Assembly: GCA_963693365.1 (NCBI GenBank)
Contig: CAVNZM010000006.1
Span: forward strand, 6,861,264-6,925,263
Source of the DNA: Amoebidium appalachense
Lineage: Eukaryota > Protista > Ichthyosporea
Direction of reading: 5' to 3'
Length of the DNA: 64,000 nucleotides
In this document: positions 55,550 to 64,000 of the stretch, in pieces
Position numbering within the stretch: the stretch's first letter is position 1
How the letters are laid out: every line of letters starts with the position of its first letter
Notes under the pieces: generated by a model
What the model saw: only the letters and a program-made list of their open reading frames with translations
The model's database searches: none
What the model was told of the DNA's origin: nothing
Made by a program: the position numbers and the translations under genes

Positions 55550-56663
55550 AACATATGAGCACCATCTACGTAGCTTAGTACTATTAGTTGGTGAGGGTTG
55601 TGCATATAGGCATACGTCCATGCGGTTGAATGTGGGTGTGTGCAAGCATAAAAAGTCGAAGTTAGGTGTAGATAGGTATCTAGAGACATGCATGTACGAG
55701 CAGATATACGTACTGGGGTGGGGCCAATCAGTGCCCATGGTGCACGCACGAACAGACACTAGACTGCTGCCTGCCTTGTATTTTAAAACACCACATGGGT
55801 CATAGTGCGTATACACTACTAGAGCTTAGTCGGTAGTACAGTACCGTCTAGGGTCGGCGCACCAACACACGTGCGGCGAGCTAGGCAGCTACAGCCAAAA
55901 GGACCCTTAGCATAAGCGGCCAGAGGGGTAGAGCGCAGCCGTAGCTAGTGTACTACTAGGCAATCTGCCGCTTAGGCTTTACATGGGCTAATTTGAATGA
56001 ACAGCCGTTGAAAGACATAATTGCCTTTCGTGATGCTTTATGCAACTGCATAATACGTCACGGCCGTACAAACAATAAAAAAAGTTGGAATATAGCACCC
56101 AGACTCAATGATTGTTCATGGTGCGGCTCCGTGCAGCAACATATCCAGGCACGGGTGCACGTGCCTGCCACCGGATCAGATCTGTGTTTTATGTTCTGTT
56201 GCATTATGCAACTACTGCATAGATTTTTACCAAGAAATGCAAGCACTAAGTACTATAGTAATATATCACTTGGCTGGCCCAACCAGCGCTAGCCTGAGTG
56301 GACGGGGTTCTTGGACTCTGAGCCTCAGGCTACATCTATAGATTGGATATGAAAGTGGACTACCCTTTGTACATACATACAAAAACGAGACGTCTATAAC
56401 CTCAGTTACCGGGAGGCGAACCATAGTACTGGTAAAAAAAAACAAAAAAAAAAACAACAAAAAAACTTATATATACGGTCGTATCATAATACTAAGAAGC
56501 AACAGCCCGTAGAGGCCCACCTTCAGGTCTCTTTCTCTGCCATATACATGAGCACATGCAGGTGCCGTGGCTGGCTGGTAGCTGTGGGCCTGCAGTAACC
56601 GTTTGAAGCAAAATCCAAACCATTCCCAGCTGCCACCCTAGCAACCCCAACTTCATGCATGCA

Positions 56664-57368
56664 TCACGGGGCCAGGCCCAGAGTCTTTCGGACCGTCAGG
56701 TCCACCAACTTGCTGAACCCCTCCCGGTCTTCCCGCCACATTTTCTGCACCACATACATACGTCAGCCAAAGGTCAAAGGTGGTGGTCGTGGTGGTGGAG
56801 GAGGTTGGTGGGTGAGTGGGTGGGTGGGCAGGCCGATGGGTGGATGGGTGGGTGGGTGGGTGGGTGGGTGGGTGGGGGGGGGGGGGGGGGGGGGGGGGGG
56901 ATATGTATGTGTTAGGGGGTAAAGCATACTTTGCATATCTGGCTAAAGCATGTGGCCACTGTAATGCTAGGGCCATGGCAAGTAGGTACATGGTTGTGTG
57001 CCCAAAGCCATCATGTGTACAATCGGCTTGCTTGTGGTAGCCTGCACACAGGACCCAAAGATATCGAGTTCAACACACCCAAGGATGAACAATGAACATC
57101 GGGAGCAGATGGTGTGCTTGCTTGCTGCTGGCCAGAGGTGTGTGTGTGTGTGTCTGTGTGTCTGTGTGTGTGTGTGTGTAAAGTGGGCATGAAGTAGCAG
57201 GACCATGTATGGTACAGTGAGTGAGTGCTAATATTGTGGTGTTATTATTAGGTCCGATTGGTGCTGACCATGCATAACATATTTTGACTGAATCCAACCA
57301 AATTCCACGTCCGAAAAATGTGACCCCTCTGTTGTAACCGGCTGTACTAAGGATGTAGGTGTGTGTGT

Positions 57369-57399
<31 letters not shown>

Positions 57400-58674
57400 A
57401 GGAAAGGAAGCGGGGGGTGGGTCGCTGGGGGGGAAAGGGGGGGGTGGGGGGGGGGTGAAGGGGGGGAAAGGGAGGGGAGAAGGTGGGGGGGCCTTACCGA
57501 GGCATCTACGTTGGCACCGCTCTCATCATTAGGCTCTGTCCACACCCCCAGTCAGTCATCCACTGCCCATACACGCATGCACACATACCTTCACCATGCA
57601 CATGCACACACTACCATGTTCCCCAAAACCAAACCACCACCATTCTTCTAGACCCATAATTTGCGTATATTTCTTTTGCCTACATCAACTGTTTGCGCCC
57701 CCCACCTGCCAGCATGCTGACGACACTGAGCAGAATCTTCTCGACACTCTGCACGGGGCTCCAGCGCTCACTGCTCAGCTCGTAGCCTGTCGGGTCATCC
57801 CCCGGTGGGTGAAGGATGCTGATGCACACCTGCCCACCGGGGTAGACTAAGGCAACACGGTCAGTGAGGAAGGGGGGGGCCGGGGGGAGGGGGGGGGGGA
57901 GGGGAAGGGGGAGGGGGAGGGGGGAGGGAAAGCTGGAGAGGGGGAGGGGGGGAGATGAATGCGCCATAAGAGTACGAAGTACAGATTCACAACGGACAAC
58001 ACAATGTAGAGTGCAAATCACAAATAAAGAGTAAGCATAATAAGCAGAGCCCATCCTCAAAAAAAGTCATCCGCAGTACCCAAGTTTCATACACCTCGTC
58101 GACAAAACCAAACTCATTTACTGTTTCAGTAGGGTAGGTCACATGTCTTGATCAGGGACGAGCAGGGTTACTCGTGCGAGCAGGCAACAGGAAATGGCAG
58201 TGGAGAAAACCGGGGGTTGGAATTGCTGCAGTAAGCAGAAGCAAGAAACTCATAGATCCCGGGCAGGGGGCCGGGAGGGGGGGGGGGGGAGGGGGAGAAG
58301 TATGCTGTGGCCAAGAATGCCCACAGGTTGGTCATGTGCCATCAAAGCGAGCACACAGGTGGTCAGGGTCAGGTAGAAGGGCAGGTGACGCATGTGGACC
58401 AGCAGGACGGAGGGGGAGGGGGGAGGGGGGTAACATACTGTTTGGGTGGAACATGGGGGACGTGAAGCGCATCTGGGGGGGACTCAGTGGGTAGTCTTTG
58501 GGGAAGGTCAGGACAGCTGTAAACACACCATCCTCGTATGGTGAGCCCTCTGGGCCCCTGCAGGCAACCACATGTCAGCAAAACAAGGGTGATAGGGACC
58601 AGCACACGCTAGGCACATCATAGCTGCAGGTGTGTGTGGACGGCGTATGGGCACGGGCGTGTGCGTGCGTGAGT

Positions 58675-58740
<66 letters not shown>

Positions 58741-58891
58741 ACGTACGTGTATGCCTGTGTGTGCTACCGTATGGTCTAGTGTATGTGAAGGTGTGTGTGC
58801 CTGTGCACGTATGCGCAATTTGGTGTGTGTGGTGATTTGTGCATTCACGTGTACTTGTGGATCCATGGGCAGGTGTGCATGTGTGTAGGCA

Positions 58892-58960
<69 letters not shown>

Positions 58961-59602
58961 CGTATGTGAATCTATGTGTGTGCCGTGTGCGTCTAAAAAA
59001 AAAAAAAAAAAGCGAGTGTGCTTGTGTGTGGTGCCTGGATGGATAGGCTCCTGCAATGGTGTGTATGTGAAGGCAATTTTTTATGGTTCAGGGAACTGAG
59101 CAACCCTACAGCTTCTCCCAGAGGGAATACAAAGCACTAGGTCGCTCAAAGCAGGGATGTGTATCTGTGTGTGTGTTGGGGGCTGGGGGGAGGGGGGACG
59201 GAGAGAGGGGGCACTGTACACAATGACGGCCTCCCACTGGAAGAAATTGTCCTCGCTAATAGGCCCTGCACAAGCCCGGTCAGAGAGAAGCAGGTATTAC
59301 TGCCCAGCCCATAGACCCCCCAACCCCCCCCTCCTCCCGCCCACTTTCCGTTCCTTATATTCGTCCCAACCTTTTGTCGGGGATATCAGCCACAATGCTG
59401 TTTGTGTCTGTGCGCAGCACCAACCTTCCTGGACAACCCACTGGCCGACCCACACGGCCAACACTGGCTATGGGTGGACAAGCAGGGCACACACACTGAC
59501 ACGCACCTGCAAGTATGCCTTCCGGTGGGTTTCTGGTCAACGCTGCAAAAGCACCTCTTGTCAGTCTAAATCTCTCTCCCTGGCCCTCCCTCCCCTCAAC
59601 CG

Positions 59603-59639
<37 letters not shown>

Positions 59640-59739
59640 ACCCCCCACACACACAAAAAAAAAAAACAAAAAAAAACCCAGCGACCAGAAACCTACACCG
59701 GTATTCTGTCATCAGCCTCTTGAGTGCCGAACCAGCCAT
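56664..59739 (-). CDS. UBE2G2: Ubiquitin-conjugating enzyme E2 G2 (UBC7), 7 exons
   Basis: Spliced product [54 protein letters not shown]...[82 protein letters not shown]...*. It has the catalytic Cys and the UBC7-type acidic loop. Confidence 0.97.
57955..58059 (-). repeat. Dispersed intronic element of about 100 nt, copy 5 (UBC7 intron)
   Basis: The minus strand reads TGAGGATGGGCTCTGCTTATTATGCTTACTC...TTTGCACTCTACATTGTGTTGTCCGTTGTGAATCTGTACTT...ATGGCGCATTCA, then a C-rich tract. Confidence 0.85.
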
Positions 59740-60423
59740 GCTGCACAACTCCGGCCACCTGCTGGCCAAGCCCCAGCACTGGATGGGTCTCGCAGGAACT
59801 ATGAACGAACAAGGCACGTAGGGAATAACGGGGTAAAGTGGGCAGGTGTGACAGGTTATGGGCTGAGTAACCGTTTATAGGAAGCACTTAGAGCCTATTT
59901 GTAAGAGAGCAGCAACACGCTCCGCTTTATAAGTATACCCTAGGGCCTAAATATACGTATACGGTATCACCATGGAAACATTTATGAGCTGCAGCTACAC
60001 AGCAAAACTCCGGCCACTCACTCAGTCGTCAGTGTCACCTTGGGGACGGTCAAAGGCTGCGGCTTGCAGGGCGTTCATGATCAGTCTGAACAGCCAATCA
60101 TATACCTGGTTTTGAAAGCACAAATAGAAGTTCAGCATTTAACCCATATATGGCTTGGCAATGCCCATAAAAGGCAAGTCCTTTTGCCCTCAAGTTGCTC
60201 AACTCCTCAGCCTGGCAGAGTGTCACCGCTGTGCACACCGCACGCAGAAGCACTCAGTCACACGTACACAGAAGCACACAGGCTGAAGTTGCATGGGGCC
60301 AAGCCGCTGATGTTTTGGACCCACTTTGCTTTAGCCCACAACTAGTTAATATTGAGAAATTATAGTTAAAGACTCTTACACGCACCGTGCACCGCCTATA
60401 AGCGACCTTGATAAGCATTCATC

Positions 60424-61160
60424 ATGCAGGTGACGCTGTACCACACGCCGGACCTTGTGCCTGAGGATGTGGCTGCCGACTGTGCCGTGGTCATAGACGT
60501 GCTGCGCGCCACAACAACAATGACAACTGCGCTGCAAGCAGGTGCAGAGGCTATACGCACCTTCAGGTGGGTACAGGCGCGTGGCCAGCGGGAAGGGCGC
60601 AGGGCCGCATGAAACGGCACACGTTGAGAGCAACCCCCTTCCCCCCCCTCCCCCCTTCCCCCTCCCCCCTCCACCCCCCCTCCTCACGTGATACTGGCCA
60701 CTGCACACGCCGAACACAGCGTTAACGATGTGTTGTTCAGGTCTGAGCACACCCAGTGTGCTGCTTGTAGAAAATAGCTGGCAGATACGCACGCATACGT
60801 CCTCCTCCCTGACCCTGCACAAACACACCCTACAGATGGTTGTTTGAGGGAGCAGATTCATCGTGGATCCATGCATGGGAGGACACAGCCTCCTTGTGCG
60901 CACATGCATATGCACACAAATGACACCTCCAGCGTTGCGCGCAATACACATTAGACACTTTTGACACCCGCACTGCTAGCCTTGGGCTTGCCGTGAGCGC
61001 CACAACAGCACATTCGCACACACGGCCTACTGCATACGTAACATGCAAGACACATCCAGCGCAACTGTCTTGGATACACGCGCACAGAGGCAAATACCAG
61101 GTACATGCGCCCATAAACGGTCGTGTGAGGCCACACAGGCAGTACACATGCTGGTGTACA

Positions 61161-61212
<52 letters not shown>

Positions 61213-62032
61213 CACACACACATGCGCAACACACACACACACACACACACGGACACACGTGCACGTACTCACATGCACACGCACACGCACACACAGATAC
61301 AGACACAGGACACACGCGCACACACAGTTGCTCACACCCACCCCTACACCTGCACAGGCCACGTGCTACTCACGGTTGCATACCAACCACCATGGCTAAC
61401 ACGTATGCTGCAGGGACGTGGACGCCCTGTTTGCCGAAAGTGCCGAGTGGCCGGCAGACAAGCGGCTACTTGCAGGGGAGAGGGGGGGCATTATGGTGCC
61501 GGGGTTTGACTTTGGAAACTCGCCTCTGGACCTCACACCGTCACGTGTGCAGGGCAAGCGCATCTTCATGTCGACCACCAACGGCACACGCACACTTCAG
61601 AGGGTGCAGCACTGCCCCACGGTGCTTGTGTGCTGTTTGCGCAACCGTAAGGCCGTAGCAGAGTACCTTGCAGCCAAGCGCTTTGAGAGAGTCGTGGTGG
61701 TGGCCTCGGGGTGGGAGGGCAACTTCTCCCTTGAGGACACGGTGTGTGCAGGAGCACTTATCAGTGCGCTTGTGGGGCTGGTGGGTGGGGAGGGAGCAGA
61801 CCCCGTGCAGGCCGTGGGAACGCTAGTAGCGAATGACGAGGCCGTGGCGGCAGTGGGGCTGTATGCCGGGTGGGGGCACAGCCTGGGTGCACTGCTGAGG
61901 GTGGCCAGCCATGGCCGGCGCATAGAGCGGCTGGGCTGGCTGGCCGATCTGGACTTCTGCGCACAGCTGGACTGCTGCACAGTGGTGCCGGCACAGACGG
62001 AGCCCGGTCTTTTGAAGCCCCTGGCTCAATAG
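60424..62032 (+). CDS. comB: 2-phosphosulfolactate phosphatase (ComB family), 2 exons (60424-60566, 61414-62032), about 253 aa
   Basis: Family motifs [54 protein letters not shown] and DLDFC. The phase-2 GT-AG intron contains (CA)n like the other introns here. Confidence 0.93.
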
Positions 62033-62439
62033 CACACAGAGGTGGTGTGTATCTATAAGTCACCCGTACATGTGGGGTAGAGAACAATTCATTTAGTACA
62101 CAGATGTTAGAATTAAAGAATAGCGTGCCCCAAGGGGGCAGCAAAGCACACACCGCTATTTTGCTCCATAAGGTTCAGAGTTCATTCAGAAGCGTCGAAA
62201 ACAAAACAGCACAGGCCACCCCTAATACTGCTGTACAGTCGAAAACTATTACTGTGAGAGGGTGCACTCTGTTGCTTGACTACAAATAAAAAGCTTATTG
62301 CCACTGAACGCTCCATAACACAACCTGTGTGCTTCATAGCCCCGCATACACACCAACCGTCGGTTTTGACAAAAACCACACGGTACACCCAGCAAACCAA
62401 CCTGTAAACACATACAACGCCCTACGTCCTATCAAGTAG

Positions 62440-62822
62440 TTACTTTTGCGGTGTCCCAACACCGGGGTGGTGGGGCATGGGACCTGGGGGGCCCACAAGG
62501 GTCTTGAGCTTTTTGAGTTCGGTGATGAGAGCCATGTTCTGCTGCTCTAGCAACCGCACACGATCCTCCAGGCACTTCACGTACTCCTGCAGGTCGCAGT
62601 CAGCACACAACAGTTCGATGCCACTAAGGCCAGCTCGACTACAATTCAAGCAACAAAAACCTTATGTTTGGGCAGAACACACGGCAAAATCACATAAGAG
62701 CCTCAAGAACGTGTCTCAAAGTGTGTGAAGATAGAGCAAAGTGTGTAGAGACAGAAACACCAACGTAGTCCATTCGTTTTTCTTTTGTGTGTGCGTGCAG
62801 GGGGAGGAAGGAGGGCGGGCAA

Positions 62823-62865
<43 letters not shown>

Positions 62866-63527
62866 GGAGGTTACACACAAGGCAAATAACGTATTACACA
62901 CGACCAAAAGCAACGGCAAACACTCGAAAGGAAGGTCAAGACACTTCTCCCTGGAGGCACAAGTAGGTAAGGCCAAAAGCCAAGGTGTGTTGTAAGTCAA
63001 AAGGCAGCTGGGGGATTGCAAGCGTGCAATGGGTAGAAATGCTAATACAAGACAACAACAAGGTGCAGAAGGTGAACAGCAACACGCAGAAGGTGTGGAC
63101 TAGTTGCTTCTTCTGTTACCGATGGAGGGGTGCTAAGTACAAACCTTCTTCTTCTTTCTGCACTGCCTGGCTGCCTCTCTGTTTTTCTCCAAGCGCCTAC
63201 TCCGCTTGCCAGCCACGTCATCCTCCCCACCCGTCTTTGCCGACGGTGAAGAGAGCTCACCCGGGGAGGGGCCTTGTGAATTTTGTGCAAACATGGCACC
63301 CGGGCTGGAGAACTGGTTCTCAAAGCTCTGCAAAAGCACAGCGGTCAGCAGCAGGCAGACTCAGAAGGCATGCTACCCATAAGAGTGCCCAGCAGACACA
63401 GTTTAAAGTGGTGAAAGAGAAAGAGAGACCGAGAGGTAGGGCAGAGAGAGATCATGGCAGAACCACGTACCGGCATAACAGCCATCGGCTGGCTGGGGGC
63501 CGAGTAGAGACTCTGCTGCTGATCCAT
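62440..63527 (-). CDS. CREB: CREB/ATF1/CREM-like bZIP transcription factor, 3 exons (63527-63471, 63327-63145, 62586-62440), about 128 aa
   Basis: KRSRRLEKNREAARQCRKKKK|EYVKCLEDRVRLLEQQNMALITELKKLK is the CREB-family bZIP signature. All introns are phase 0. Confidence 0.9.
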
Positions 63528-63906
63528 GTTACCGGCCTGCTGTGCGCACGGGGCCTGAAGCTACACTGGCGTCACAAAGGTCAGCATAGAGTACTGCCTC
63601 ATAAGGGAAGGTCTTGCTCTATAGGTGGGGCACACTATTGTACTGTGTATCGAGAGCAATGGATCGATTTGGCAAAAAAAAAAAAAAAAAAAAAAAACGA
63701 GACTAAAAAAAGGGAAAGGGGTATTCAAACGAAACCCAAACTCCTTTTAAAAAAGGCGGAGCACGTGCGACAGTTGTCACAGTAAGCGAAGACTACAAGT
63801 CCTAAGTGCTGCCCCGTAAAACGCAAACACAACTTGCATGACATGGGTGTACACCTGTGCACCAGGTTGTCGGCTCACCCTTTCCCGCGTCGTGAAACCG
63901 TTGTGT

Positions 63907-63970
63907 TGACGTCAAAACGACGTAGACAGAGCAAAGGGGCGAAACGTCAAAATGACGGTGCAGCTGACGT
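63907..63970. promoter_or_regulatory. CRE cluster: one full TGACGTCA and three CGTCA/TGACG half-sites upstream of the CREB gene
   Basis: TGACGTCA 63907-63914, CGTCA 63945-63949, TGACG 63953-63957, TGACG 63965-63969. Confidence 0.55.
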
Positions 63971-64000
63971 AGGCTGTTTATCAACGAGAATGGCCAGATC

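Noticed and set aside
60424-62032. comB as bacterial contamination
   Set aside because: It has a GT-AG intron with host-type microsatellite and is contiguous with eukaryotic genes.
62985-63785. 266-aa plus-strand ORF
   Set aside because: It is the antisense shadow of the CREB-like gene and has no recognisable motifs.

Overview
Eukaryotic, intron-rich genomic DNA whose introns are packed with (CA)n, (CT)n and very long poly-G/poly-C tracts. Most ORFs in the supplied track are low-complexity artefacts. Manual splicing (GT-AG sites, phase checks) gives nine genes: a Siva-like zinc protein (-), an intronless C2H2 zinc-finger gene with a frameshift (+), an unassigned PH/GRAM-like protein (-), a large bHLH-Zip + PB1 + CRAL-TRIO/Sec14 multidomain gene (+), a receptor tyrosine pseudokinase (+), a single-finger Pro/Gln-rich protein (+), UBC7/UBE2G2 (-), a cyanobacterial-type 2-phosphosulfolactate phosphatase ComB with one intron (+), and a short CREB/ATF1-like bZIP (-). 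The gene set suggests a unicellular holozoan such as an ichthyosporean (inference). The best candidate for a new system is the apparent one-component lipid-sensing transcription factor (bHLH-Zip-PB1-Sec14). Also notable are the horizontally acquired ComB, a roughly 100-nt element found only in introns and only in the sense orientation, and a CRE cluster upstream of the CREB gene. Domain calls come from motifs recognised by eye; no database search was run.
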